A stretch of DNA of 64,000 bases, from NCBI GenBank assembly GCA_963921275.4, contig OZ001293.3, positions 3,680,001-3,744,000 of the forward strand, written 5' to 3'. Below the pieces are notes generated by a model. It worked only from the letters and a program-made list of their open reading frames with translations. It did not search any database and had not been told where the DNA came from. Shown here one piece after another: positions 33,472 through 44,921 of this stretch. The position numbers and the translations under genes were made by a program. This DNA comes from an uncultured Hormoscilla sp. GTDB lineage: Bacteria; Cyanobacteriota; Cyanobacteriia; Cyanobacteriales; Desertifilaceae. Every line of letters begins with the position of its first letter. The stretch's first letter is position 1.

Positions 33472-36168
33472 ATGTCAACGCTTGTAATTGTCGAATCTCC
33501 GACCAAAGCCCGTACCATACGGAACTTCCTGCCCTTTGACTATCGTGTAGAGGCATCAATGGGTCACGTGCGCGACCTCCCCTCTTCTGCTGATGAAATT
33601 CCCGAAGCTGTCAAAGGGGAAAAATGGGCGCAGCTGGGGGTTAACGTGGAGGCGGACTTTGAGCCACTTTATGTTGTCCCCAAGAATAAAAAAAAGGTAG
33701 TCACAGAACTGAAAAAAGCCCTCAAACAGGCTGATGAACTAATTCTGGCAACAGACGAAGACCGCGAAGGTGAAAGCATCAGCTGGCATCTTCTGGATCT
33801 GCTGAACCCGAAAGTCCCCATTAAGCGGATGGTGTTCCACGAAATCACCCGGGAAGCCATACGTAAAGCGCTGTCGGACTGCCGGAATATCGATATGCAG
33901 CTAGTCCACGCTCAGGAAACCAGGCGGATTTTAGACCGACTGGTGGGCTACACCCTGTCTCCCCTGCTGTGGAAGAAAATTTCCTCGGGATTATCAGCTG
34001 GGCGGGTACAATCTGTAGCTGTGCGGTTACTGGTGTTGCGGGAACGTCAACGTCGAGCCTTCCGCCAAGGTAGCTACTGGGACTTAAAAGCGATTCTGGA
34101 TATTCAGCATACCTCTTTTGAGGCGCGATTAGTTACCCTGGCAGGCAGTAAAGTTGCCACGGGCAGCGATTTTGACCCGGATACGGGACAAATTGCCTCT
34201 GGTAGAAATGTCAGACTGTTAAATGAAGCAGATGCCAAAGAACTTCAAGCCCGTCTGTTGGGTAAAACCTGGAGAGTCAGCTCCGTTGATGAACGACCGG
34301 TGACCCGCTCGCCTTCACCTCCCTTTACCACATCGACCCTGCAACAGGAGGCTAACCGGAAGCTGGGGCTATCGGCCAGAGATACGATGCGGACGGCTCA
34401 AAGTCTGTACGAACAGGGGTATATAACCTATATGCGGACGGACTCTGTGCATTTGTCCCAGCAGGCGATCGCCGCTGCCCGAGCTTGTGTAGAACAGAAG
34501 TATGGCTCTGAGTATCTCAGCCCGACACCGCGCCAGTACAAGACTAAAAGCAAAGGCGCGCAAGAAGCGCACGAAGCCATTCGTCCAGTGTCTCCTGAGA
34601 GCGCTAGTCGCACTACTCAGGAGACACCGCCAGCAGGTAGCAGTTTCCGCACGCCGTCTCTGACGGGTCTGACAGGGCGGGAATTTCAGCTGTACGACCT
34701 AATTTGGAAGCGTACTGTCGCGACCCAAATGGCTGCCGCCAGGGTTACTCAAATTATCGCCCTGCTGCTAGTGGAAGGGGCTGGCTTCCGTTCGACTGGC
34801 AAGCGAATTGATTTTCCTGGTTTCTTCCGTGCTTACGTAGAAGGTTCTGACGACCCAAATGCGGCTCTAGAAAACCAGGAAGTGATTCTGCCACCCTTAA
34901 AGGTAGGAGATCGCCCCAACTGTCGAGAATTAGAGGCCATTGGCCATGAAACCCAGCCTCCCGCCCGTTATACAGAGGCGTCCCTAGTGAAAACCCTGGA
35001 AAAAGAAGGCATTGGGCGTCCCAGCACCTACGCTACCATCATCGGCACGATCGTCGATCGGGGCTATGCTCAAATAATTAACAAAGCCCTAGTGCCCACC
35101 TTCACGGCCTTTGCGGTCACCAGTCTGCTAGAAGCACATTTTCCGGACCTAGTAGACACCCGCTTTACTTCCCGGATGGAGCGAACTCTAGATGACATCT
35201 CTACCGGAGAAGTGGACTGGCTTCCTTATCTGCGAGAATTTTATTGCGGAGAAACCGGTCTGTCCAATCAGGTAAAAGAACAGGAAAGCCAAATTGACCC
35301 AAAACTTGCTCGGACCGTGGAACTGGTTGGCTTAGAGGCCAAAGTCTGCATTGGCAGATTTGGCCCTTACATCGAAGTTGATAATGGCTCTGGTGTGCTC
35401 AAAGCTTCCATTCCCAAAGACCTTACCCCAGATCAGCTCGACTCCGAACAAGTAGAAGCGCTGTTGAAGCAGAAAACCTCTGGACCAGAGGAACTGGGTC
35501 AGCACCCAGAAACTGGCGATACTATCTATCTCCTGAATGGCAACTATGGCCCCTACCTGCAGCTGGGTGATGGCGATAGTGAGAAGAAGAAGAAGCCCAA
35601 GCGGTCCTCTCTACCTAAAGGCGTCACTCCCGATCTGGTCACCCTGGAAATGGCCGTAGGATTGTTGGCCCTGCCTCGCTTTCTGGGATCCCACCCGGAA
35701 ACTGATGCTAAAGTCCATGCTGGTTTAGGACGTTTTGGCCCTTATGTGGTTCACGACCAAGGTAAGGAAGGTAAAGATTATCGTTCCTTAAAGAAAGATG
35801 ACAATGTCTTGACAATTGATCTCCAACGTGCATTGGAGTTACTCGCTGAACCGAAGAAGCGACGCAATAGCCGCAGTAAGAAACCTTTACGAGAGTTGGG
35901 TAAACATCCATCAGATGGAGAACCAGTGAATATCTACGATGGGCGTTATGGTCCTTATGTCAATCATGGCAAAATTAATGTTACTTTGGCAGAGGGGACA
36001 GCGGTCGAAGAGGTGACCTTGGAGATAGCCCTAGAATTGCTAGCAGCCAAGGCTTCCACATCTTCAACCCGTCGCAAGTCGAGTAAGTCAACCGGGACTA
36101 AAAAGACTAGCGCCCGGCTTCCGGAGGGTAGTGCTTTTAGCGCTCCCTCCGGAGGCCACAAGCAATGA
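33472..36168 (+). CDS. topA: DNA topoisomerase I
   Basis: [53 protein letters not shown]-terminal GRFGPY repeats. Confidence 0.97.
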   Translation: MSTLVIVESPTKARTIRNFLPFDYRVEASMGHVRDLPSSADEIPEAVKGEKWAQLGVNVEADFEPLYVVPKNKKKVVTELKKALKQADELILATDEDREGESISWHLLDLLNPKVPIKRMVFHEITREAIRKALSDCRNIDMQLVHAQETRRILDRLVGYTLSPLLWKKISSGLSAGRVQSVAVRLLVLRERQRRAFRQGSYWDLKAILDIQHTSFEARLVTLAGSKVATGSDFDPDTGQIASGRNVRLLNEADAKELQARLLGKTWRVSSVDERPVTRSPSPPFTTSTLQQEANRKLGLSARDTMRTAQSLYEQGYITYMRTDSVHLSQQAIAAARACVEQKYGSEYLSPTPRQYKTKSKGAQEAHEAIRPVSPESASRTTQETPPAGSSFRTPSLTGLTGREFQLYDLIWKRTVATQMAAARVTQIIALLLVEGAGFRSTGKRIDFPGFFRAYVEGSDDPNAALENQEVILPPLKVGDRPNCRELEAIGHETQPPARYTEASLVKTLEKEGIGRPSTYATIIGTIVDRGYAQIINKALVPTFTAFAVTSLLEAHFPDLVDTRFTSRMERTLDDISTGEVDWLPYLREFYCGETGLSNQVKEQESQIDPKLARTVELVGLEAKVCIGRFGPYIEVDNGSGVLKASIPKDLTPDQLDSEQVEALLKQKTSGPEELGQHPETGDTIYLLNGNYGPYLQLGDGDSEKKKKPKRSSLPKGVTPDLVTLEMAVGLLALPRFLGSHPETDAKVHAGLGRFGPYVVHDQGKEGKDYRSLKKDDNVLTIDLQRALELLAEPKKRRNSRSKKPLRELGKHPSDGEPVNIYDGRYGPYVNHGKINVTLAEGTAVEEVTLEIALELLAAKASTSSTRRKSSKSTGTKKTSARLPEGSAFSAPSGGHKQ
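34586..34629. repeat. Hairpin element in frame inside topA
   Basis: GTGTCTCCTGAG-AGCGCTAGTCGCACTA-CTCAGGAGACAC, adding [15 protein letters not shown]. Confidence 0.9.
36116..36157. repeat. Hairpin element in the topA 3' end
   Basis: GGCTTCCGGAGGG-TAGTGCTTTTAGCGCT-CCCTCCGGAGGCC. Confidence 0.88.
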
Positions 36169-36216
36169 TTTGGCTAATGGTTAATTGTTGATTGAAAGGC
36201 AACCATGCCATAACAA

Positions 36217-37329
36217 TTAGCCATTAGCAAAATCAGGAAATACTTCTCTTAAGGCAGGATGAACTAACTGATGATTTTTAACATTCAAACCTTTAGCTAA
36301 AGCTGAGCTCTTATCCAAAGCTTTAACACCGTGATTGGCGAGCTTTAAGACATAGGGGAGCGTAGCATTATTCAGTGCCTGTGTTGCAGTCCAAGGCACC
36401 GCCCCTGGCATATTGGGAACGCCATAGTGGACGACGCCCTCTTCGATGTAAGTTGGATTAGTATGAGATGTCGATCGCAATGTTTCGACGCACCCGCCTT
36501 GGTCGCATGCAACATCGATAATGACTGAAGCTGGGCGCATCTGTTGCACCAAGCTTCGGGAAACGAGGACGGGTGCGCGACGGCCTAAGACTAAAACTGC
36601 ACCAATCAGCAGGTCAGCATCTGGTACGACAGCTTCAATTTGTGCGGAATTACTATAGAGTAATTCCACTCTGGAGCCAAACAGGGTTTCCAAATAGGAT
36701 AAACGCTCCAGGTTGACATCGACGATCTGGACTTGGGCACCCATGCCCACAGCGATCCGAGCAGCTTCTGTGCCGACAACCCCACCTCCTATAATACAGA
36801 CTTGAGCCGGTCTGACTCCGGGAACACCACCCAGGAGCACCCCTCGGCCACCCTGCTGACGCTCTAGAAACCTGGCACCGAACTGCACCGACAGCCGTCC
36901 AGCGATGAGGCTCATCGGAGTCAGCAGAGGTAGGGTGGGCGTCCCCGGCTGCCGTTTTGAGTCGGGTAATTCTACCGTTTCGTAGGCGATCGCCGTTACG
37001 CCTTCGGATATCAGATGCTCAGTCAAAGTCTTGTCAGCTGCCAGATGCAAGTAGGTAAATAACAACTGATCTAATGCAAGAAACTTGTATTCTGGTGGCA
37101 GGGGTTCCTTCACCTTCACCACCATTTCCCGGTTCCAAGCTGCTGACGGTGTCTTGACAATTTCAGCACCTACCTGAATATAGTCTTCATCCGTGAAGCC
37201 TGCACCGGCACCTGCTCCAGTTTCGACAAACAGTCGATGACCATTTTCAGTTAGAACTCTAACACTACTTGGACTCAAGCCCACCCTAAATTCCAGATCC
37301 TTAGTTTCTTTGGGGACGCCTATTTCCAT
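36217..37329 (-). CDS. ald: Alanine dehydrogenase
   Basis: MEIGVPKE, VKVKEP, FTYLHLAA, IIGGGVVG, DQGGCVET, VPNMPGAVP. Confidence 0.96.
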   Translation of the reverse strand: MEIGVPKETKDLEFRVGLSPSSVRVLTENGHRLFVETGAGAGAGFTDEDYIQVGAEIVKTPSAAWNREMVVKVKEPLPPEYKFLALDQLLFTYLHLAADKTLTEHLISEGVTAIAYETVELPDSKRQPGTPTLPLLTPMSLIAGRLSVQFGARFLERQQGGRGVLLGGVPGVRPAQVCIIGGGVVGTEAARIAVGMGAQVQIVDVNLERLSYLETLFGSRVELLYSNSAQIEAVVPDADLLIGAVLVLGRRAPVLVSRSLVQQMRPASVIIDVACDQGGCVETLRSTSHTNPTYIEEGVVHYGVPNMPGAVPWTATQALNNATLPYVLKLANHGVKALDKSSALAKGLNVKNHQLVHPALREVFPDFANG

Positions 37330-37408
37330 GCTACCTCTCGATTGACCATTTATATAGGTTTAAGTTTGAATTACTATAGAATATAAATAATTGTAACCAA
37401 CTGAAATC

Positions 37409-37579
37409 ATGACTGAACCAGAACCAACCACCACCCCGAAACTAGAAGATACGTTCTTTGGCTTCAATGACTACTCAGAACGCTTAAATGGTCGCGCTGC
37501 CATGATTGGCTTTATTCTGGCCTTACTGATTGAATTCCTGACAGGGCAAGGGCTGCTTGCTTGGCTCGGCTTCAATTAG
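37409..37579 (+). CDS. hli: High-light-inducible protein (Hli/Scp)
   Basis: 56 aa, below the ORF-track cutoff: MTEPEPTTTPKLEDTFFGFNDYSERLNGRAAMIGFILALLIEFLTGQGLLAWLGFN, with the ExxNxR chlorophyll-binding motif. Confidence 0.92.
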   Translation: MTEPEPTTTPKLEDTFFGFNDYSERLNGRAAMIGFILALLIEFLTGQGLLAWLGFN

Positions 37580-37725
37580 AACGCAGCCCGATCGGGGGGG
37601 TAATGATAATTTGAATAACAATCAACCCCCGATGTCCCTTGACAGGGGTGATATTCTATTTTTACACCCCTGTCAAGGGACATCGCCCCCACCTCCGGAG
37701 CAGACTAGTGCAGCAGGGCAGAAAT

Positions 37726-38588
37726 ATAGCATTTCTCAAAATGGTGAGGTACAGTAGCAACGTAAAAAAGTTGTATAGGTCTGACAAACTAACATTTTCA
37801 AAACCATCAGTAATTGCATGGTTCTCGGTGACATTTTTTTCTTATAGCTCTTTAGCTGCGATCAAAAGTTCTCAATTGGAGAAAAATCGGGAGAATAAGG
37901 AGGTAGATAGACTAACCGCGCACCTACTTGTTCAATAGCTGCTCTTATGGCTTTTCCATTATGTATTGTACATCGGTCCATGACCAGGCTCCTTTCCATA
38001 AACGAGGAACTAAATGTCTAACTATAAAAGCTTCAAAAGTTAAGCTATCATAAGAACCTAAAATCTTGAATGAACTCACTACTCCCTCGCTCCGACTATC
38101 GAAACGTTTTTTCCTCGCTTACTTGGCTTACTTCCATGGGCTCTTTGCGTGTTACGTTAACTCGTCCAAGAAGATTAAGTCAAAAGGGTCTATTCCTTCT
38201 ATTTCTTTCCAGTAGTCTACCCTTAATTTTTGGACTCTATCACTTCTGGATGTAAGGCTTTTTTTTTGACGGTAAATCCCAACTTCTTTATCATCCTATC
38301 TATTGTCGAACGGCTGACCACCGGTCTCTTTTTCAAGACTAGATTGATATTCTTCTAAGGTACAGTCATTATTTTCCTTTACTAAATTATGAATAATTGC
38401 CGATCCTGCTGGATGATTTTGGTAACAAAACTTAGAGCTACCCTAAATCTGCTCGCCAGTTTTATTTGTGATATATTCTCATTTTTATAGACCGATTTTT
38501 GTAGATATACTGAATAGGGTTTCATGGCTTTTTCCTCCATATATTCTTGACTCTCTTATTGTACCTCATGTTTTTGAGAAATGCTATA
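37726..38588 (-). mobile_element. IS630-family element, degraded
   Basis: Ends TATAGCATTTCTCAAAA...GAGGTAC / GTACCTC...GAGAAATGCTATA; MKPYSVYLQKS start, as in 7864-8932. Confidence 0.75.
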
Positions 38589-38599
38589 ACTACCCAGTA

Positions 38600-40070
38600 T
38601 TACAAGCAACTTCTACGCCCTGGAACTTCCAGTTGAACGGTTTGGCCCAGCTAGGAATTGAAATACTCGATGAATGTCCGAATTTGCTGTTCGAGATCCA
38701 TCGTCGAGGTGAAATTGCCCCGTTTCAGTAAGCGTCTGACTAGAATCGAGAACCAGCATTCTATCTGATTTAGCCAAGATGTGTGTTTGGGGAGATAGAT
38801 AAAGCGAATGCGTCGTTGCGGGTCACTCAGAAAAGCCATGCGGGATGCCATTGACTTGAGAATGCCTGATTTTTCCTTCTCACCTAAATCCAGGTCTAAT
38901 TCCTCTCGTTTGGCCACCAGACGTACCAAAGTCTCAGACTTATGAGTGTTCAGTTGATCGACAATAAAGCACCAAGAAGCCAATGGGTCCGTATCAATTA
39001 CCTGTTCAATGTGTGTCGCCAAATCGGACTCTGTACACGTTGGTCCCAAATAGGGACAGAGCACTTGTCCCTGGGCAACATCCCAGGTGGCTATCAGCGA
39101 TCGTGTGCCGTGACGAATATAGTTGAACTCAATACGCTCGACCTGTCCTGGTTTCATAGAATGAGTTGGATATTCTCGTTCTAGCGCCTGGATGCCAGTC
39201 CGGAACGCCGGTGCTGACCACATGAGTCCCTTGGCTCAACAACTCAGGTGCATTTATATGCCACTGACAAATCTCCCGCACTTGTTGCTCAAAGGCTTGA
39301 CGGTCAAGAGGAGTATGCCACTCGCCAGTAGCGATTCCGGTGTGGCTTTAATGTAGCCTCATTTTAAAAAACGCCCCACACTGCGGGGCAAAATCTCCTT
39401 AACCAGTCCTCGTTTAACCGCCTCGTCAGCCAGTTCTCTGGGTGTCCAATGACTGATAGTACGATCCCTGCTAGCAGGTAGTTCACAGGCGACCGCCACT
39501 ATTTCGACAATTTGCTCTACACTGAACTTGCTTGGACTACCTGGGCGAGGACGATCACTCAGAACTGCTTCAATTGAGGGGAGCAACTGCTTAACCCACT
39601 TTCCGCACGACAAGTTGTAACATGCTAAGTAATACGTAATTTATCGGTTAGATTACTATTGCACTACTTTTTGTAATCCATATTGTATCTGATAATTTCG
39701 GAAACAGGACGTATATTTATTTATACGGATATGAACTTTTCGGTTCGTAAAATCACAAGCTGTTTGTAATCATTACATAATACATTTTGTCGTGCGGAAT
39801 GTATGCTTAATGGTTTCTACCTCCTGGTCGCAGAACCACTGCTGGCTAGCTTGATACCAAGGATTGCGCCATTCCCGTACAAAGCGTCGTCCCAGTTGTA
39901 ATTGCGACTCTATGGCGGTATTACTTTGACCATCGGCAGCGAGGAGAATCAGTTTAGCACGCTGCACCAAGCGATACGGTTTGCTAGTACAACGACTTAT
40001 CGATTCCAGACAGTCTCGCTCCAATTGAGACAGTACAATTGGGGTTGGCTTAGGGGTTGGCATGGCAACT
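38600..40070 (-). pseudogene. IS630-family transposase pseudogene split by a MITE
   Basis: RAKLILLAADG, DRPRPGSP, YIRHGT, DQLNTHKSE, YLPKHTSWLNQIE. Confidence 0.85.
39595..39805. mobile_element. ~210-bp MITE, copy 3
   Basis: TIR CCCACTTTCCGCACGACAA / TTGTCGTGCGGAATGTATG; CTTAA duplicated. Confidence 0.85.
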
Positions 40071-40106
40071 TAATAGCAATGTTTGTGTGAGCGGCACTAC
40101 TATCAA

Positions 40107-41568
40107 TAGACATTTCCAAAATATAAAATTCTGGTATAATAAGATTGAAAAAATTTAATTGTGAGGTTTAAGGAACATGATATATAGTTATACATGGACA
40201 TATTGAGAAGCACAAAGAAGCAAAGCAGTTAATCGGTATCAGTTATGAAAATTTTATGCAACTTATCATTTTAGCAAAAAAAATGAAAAAAAAGTATCAA
40301 GACAATGTATAAAAGACGAAAATTAGATTAATCGAACCAGAAGTCGGCGCCCAACCTAAATTATTAGTGGAAGATCAAATACTCTTAACCTTGATTTATA
40401 TACGACAAGGTTTGACATTTCAAATGTTAGGATTGCACCGTGAGCAAATCTACAATAATTATTTCAGTTATTGGCCAAAAATATTTTGAGCTCTTTGGCC
40501 GTTTGCTTGAACAGGTTAAATGTAATGGAGAAAATGAATAAATTTTAACAAATTTCTTAAAAGAGTATGAATTAATTGTAGATAGCGCAGAGCAAGCTAT
40601 TCCAAGGCCTAAAGGCTATGAAGAACAGAAAAAATTTTACTCCTGAGCAGGTAAGAAAAATACCATACATGGCTGCGCCCCCATCGCTACGCGTGGCGCA
40701 GCCATGCGCAGCGCTATCGAAAAAATCAATTTATTGTGTTGCCTAGTAGCGATAGCGAAGCGTGTGCAGACATTGTGAATATTATTCCTGGAGAGAGAGG
40801 TCGAAAAAGTGATATAAATATTGTGAGAGCCAAGAAAATTTTCATCGTCACTTGACAAGGGTGATTTAATAAGATATCACCCTTGTCAAGTGACACCGCC
40901 AGAACAAAAATTTGCAGGAGATCAGGCTTATATTGGAGAACCTCAAATAAAAACCCCCTTATAAAAAGCCGAAGAAACAAGAGTTAACAGAGTTACAAAA
41001 AGAAGAAAACAAATAATTTTCTTCTCGTTTTTGTGGAACATGTAATTAGGTTAGTGAAAATATTTAACCCACTTTCCGCACGACAAGTTGTAACATGCTA
41101 AGCAATACGTAATTTATCGATGAGATTACTATTGCACTACTTTTTGTAATCTTTACTAGCTCTGATAATTTAGTAAACAGGACGTATATTTATTTATACG
41201 GGTCTGAACTTTTCGGTTCGTAAAATCACAAGCTGTTTGTAATCATTGTGTCATACATTTTGTAGTGCAAAATGTATGATTTAAGGTTGCGGGGGAAACA
41301 TTTCGTTGAAATTCTGATAAATATAATTCAATAATTTCTACAGTTTGTGGGCTAGTTAGATTACGGATTGGTGCAGAAATTTTAGAAGTAGTAAGTAAGG
41401 GTGAATGCACCGAAAATTTTGAGGTTAACCAATACCATGCAATGGAAGTAATTTGTTGATAGAAACTCTATCAAACCCTGATGTCGCCGTTTAGATCACA
41501 TATGTGAGAAAGTGAGATTAGGCTTGAAACCCAGCGCTGGTAAAGGTTTTATTGTTGGAAATGTCTAA
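40107..41568 (+). mobile_element. IS5/ISL2-like element, degraded, with several small insertions
   Basis: Ends TAGACATTTCCAA / TTGGAAATGTCTA; IVDSAEQ, FAGDQAYIGE, VEHVIRLVKIF; paralog of 27456-28501. Confidence 0.7.
41068..41278. mobile_element. ~210-bp MITE, copy 4
   Basis: Same sequence family; ATTTAA duplicated, splitting LVKIF/KVAGE. Confidence 0.85.
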
Positions 41569-41592
41569 TATCTTACTATAGTGCGTCCTATC

Positions 41593-41815
41593 TGGGGGGG
41601 CGACATGCCTGCTGAAATCCTTACGAGCGTAAGGATTCCAGCCCATAATCTCCAACAAGATCCATGCTGTTTTGGGCCGACAGACGACGTATTTATAAGG
41701 GTTTGAGCTTCATAAAAATGAAAGAATGGTCAATTGGCGACTGTATCAAGTAGGAGCCAATTAGCCTCAAAGCCTTATCTAGTAAGCGTTTGAGTGCTCA
41801 TGTCGCCCCCTCAGG
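41593..41815. mobile_element. IS4-derived MITE
   Basis: Ends CTGGGGGGGCGACATG / CATGTCGCCCCCTCAG as in 497-1712, only ~220 bp. Confidence 0.7.
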
Positions 41816-42478
41816 CGTCCTATACATTTGTCCAAATTTCCGATTGGGGGAGATAGAGGCGCTCAACCCTTTCAGGGTAAGGCTTGAGCGCCTTAAAAGC
41901 CAGTTGCACAACTGATGAACGGCTTGCTATACCGGGCTACCAACTTAAGCCGGACAGCCCATGCTGCTTTCAGCCCACAGGGATAGAGGCCGCTTGCGGT
42001 TGGTCAGTTTGTCCCGCGAATGCGTTGGTAGCCTTATACCGATCTTGTGTTCTACAAAATGTATTGCGCAATGATTACAGAAAAACTTCTCCAACAATGA
42101 ACTTCCGAAAATATGTAGGGTTTGCTGAAAAAGTCTCCAGATCGAACGTGGGAGGTCACACAGCGTAGAATTATAGTAGGTTCATCGCCTTGGTTCCCCC
42201 AAAAATCCGACGATAACTGGGGCAAGTGCTAGGTTTTTTAGTCTGAGGGTGTCATTTTCTTGCACATGTTGGGTGTCTAAAATGCCTGAAAACATTATCT
42301 GGCAAGGCTTCCAGTCATATTCAGCAAGCCCTATGTACGAATGTATTGGCAGCGGCCCAAATAGCCGCAGTACGGAAAACTTGCGTATGACTTATACTAC
42401 AAATTGTAGTGATAAAAGGCGGGTTACTGGATCTTTACTTCTGCTTGCTTGCACTAGAAAGATCCCTTCCGGAGCAAT

Positions 42479-42801
42479 CGGTGTTCCCTGGGTAGTGCGA
42501 GTACAGCGCGAGCGGTCTCCGGTAGTGCTTTTACGATGTCTCGGGGGTAGTGCAGCGCTCTGTATCTCCCCTTTTGTGCGATTACGATGTCCTCCCTTTT
42601 GTGCGATTAGCGCTCCGCGTCCCCTTTTGTGCGATTAGCGCTCTGTATCTCCCCTTTTGTGCGATTACGATGTCCTCCCTTTTGTGCGATTAGCGCTCCC
42701 GGAGGACATCGAGCGACCAGGAGATACAGAGTCCCGGGAGACCGCTCGCCCTGTCAGGAGATACCTCGCCCTCCGAGACATCGAGCGACCAGGGAACACC
42801 G
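42479..42801. repeat. Multi-level nest of hairpin elements with internal tandem duplication
   Basis: Left arms CGGTGTTCCCTGG, GCGAGCGGTCTCC, CGATGTCTCGG, CTCTGTATCTCC, CGATGTCCTCC have complementary partners on the right in near mirror order. Confidence 0.88.
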
Positions 42802-42891
42802 CACTGCTGCGCAGTCCAACGGGGACTGGGAAGAATCGAAGCAAAAAGCTATGCAAGAATTCTTAGAACATGATGGCTTATCACCGGACAT

Positions 42892-42935
42892 CGATATCTC
42901 TGGGGAGCGTTAGGAGCACTACCCCAGAGATATCG
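42892..42935. repeat. Single hairpin element
   Basis: CGATATCTCTGGGG-AGCGTTAGGAGCACTA-CCCCAGAGATATCG. Confidence 0.9.
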
Positions 42936-43071
42936 GAGAAGCCGCAAAGGGAGCTTTAATAATCCCCAAGCTCGATCGACCTGAAACCCTAACTCGACGT
43001 GAGTTCGACAGATTGGACAAAGCTGAAAAAATGGTGGAGACTGGATTTGAAGGATTCTGGTCTCCGCCGAT

Positions 43072-44740
43072 ATGACTCAAATTGTATCCCCCCTGGACAT
43101 CACTCGCATCTTCTGTGAGGTAGACGACTTCTGCCAGTTGTTCGAGTACCACTGGGAACAGCAACCCCAACTACCCTCCATGCCAGGGGAACGGTGTTGT
43201 CGCTCTCCTATGAGCCTTTCAGAAGTTATGACCATCGTCTGAGCCATGAAAGGCTCACAGGAGAGCACCTTCAAAGACTTTGTGCGTACTTCCCCACTGG
43301 CGCAAAGCCTTCCCCAACTTGGTCAGCTATCGTCGATTTGTGGAATTAATGCCCTGGTGGAAGATGCTGTTGTGTTCTTTTCTACACACCCTCAAGGGAG
43401 AAGTCACGGGCATTTCTTTTATTGATTCTACACCCATAGAAGTCTGTAACCCTTGCCGCGCTCATAGCCATAAAGTGGCGTTGCACAACTCCGGGATGAT
43501 GAGTTATTGCAGATTATTATAATCTGCAATAACTCATCATAAATTTATAATTAGCATAGGCTGATTTTACACAGGAGTACCAATTAGTGGTATAATGGAT
43601 ATTAAAGCTAATTTAGAATGTCAAGGAGTTGAATATGAAATGTCCACTCCGGTGCTTCGGAAAAAGTCAATAAAAATGATCATCTACGTGGCAAAAAAAT
43701 TTATTTGCAAGAATTGTGGCCGCCAGTTTATTGAACATTATTCTCCACGAGGCTATCCGAAAGAAGTGAAAGAAAATTGTTGAAAAATGTCCGTTAATGG
43801 CAAGGGCTTTCGAGGGATTGAAAGAATCACTGACGTCAATCATAATACTGTCATCAATTGGGTAAAAAAAGTAGCTCAACACTATTCTCCCCGAAAACTA
43901 TGAGATCCGGTTTCATAGATTGACGAGTTACATATTTATGTAGGTGAAAAAAGAATAAAAAGTGGTTATGGACAGTTGTTAATCATTTTCAACCTGGAAT
44001 TATAGCATGGACTTTAGGAGACCGATCGGCAGAAACATTTAAGCCATTGTGGAAAATAATAAAAGGCATTATTTTTTTAGGTGACGGATGGTTGGCCAGT
44101 ATCTTCAAAGTTTATTGAAGATATTAACCAGATAGTGAGTAAAACTTACATGACTCGTGTTGAAGGTGAAAACTGTCGATTAAGACATGATTTCGCTCGA
44201 TTAAAAAGAAAAACCTTGTGTTCCTCAAAATCCGAAGAAATGTTAATGCTTTCAAATGTTAATGCTTTCAATTAAGTTACTTTGACAGTATTTACGTTAT
44301 AATTTCATACCTGTCTATAGTTAAATCATCCCCTAATTGTGCAACGCCCATAAAGTTTTTAAGGGGCTAGTTTATTGGGTAAAGAACTCTGTGGGCTGGC
44401 AAAATGGAATTCAAATTGCACCTGATTATCAAGGAGCGGGGTGAATTGCTGGCTTTCAAGCTCACTGCGGCTAATGTTGACGAGCACAAGCCCGTACTGG
44501 ACATGGCACAAGACTTGTTCGGGAAGTTGTTTGGCGAGCGCTTCTATGTTTCCCAAAAACTGTTCGAGAAATTCTATGAACAGGGTTTAAAACTGATTGC
44601 CAAGTCGAAGGGGAACAGGAAAAACCGTTTGATGAAAATGCTAGACAAAATCCTGCTACGTAAGCGGGCTGTCATTGAGTCGGTCAACGACCAACTCAAG
44701 AATATCTGCCAAATTGAGCATTTTCGTCATCGGAGGGGCG
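43072..44740 (+). pseudogene. IS982-family transposase interrupted by IS1
   Basis: IFCEVDDFC, FPNLVSYRRFVELMP, FIDSTP, FKLHLII, RKRAVIESVNDQLKN. Confidence 0.8.
43477..44348 (+). mobile_element. IS1-family element, degraded
   Basis: TIR GGCGTTGCACAA / TTGTGCAACGCC, 8-bp TSD CATAAAGT; CKNCGRQF, TDGW, MTRVEGENCRLRH. Confidence 0.88.
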
Positions 44741-44921
44741 TATCTAAAGGTTGGGGGAGAACTTTGGGACTGAATGGAAAAGAGTATCAAAGCGTTGATT
44801 GACTCAACCCAAGGGAAGGTATAAGAGATGATTGAAGCCAGTCTCGCTCCAACTCATTCCCACCCCCTTAAAGCGTTGCTGAATCAACCTAGACCATGCA
44901 CTTTCCACCAGACCAGAACCC

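Noticed and set aside
42550..42700. CRISPR-like recurrence of TTTTGTGCGATTA
   Set aside because: Repeats are short, the intervening pieces are themselves repeated and pair with downstream arms, and no cas genes are present; explained by nested hairpins plus duplication.
42249..42913. ORFs of 63-129 aa over the repeat nest (similarly 48075-48495, 53934-54377, 57954-58297, 61967-62400)
   Set aside because: Translations of GC-rich palindromic repeats; no evidence they are genes.
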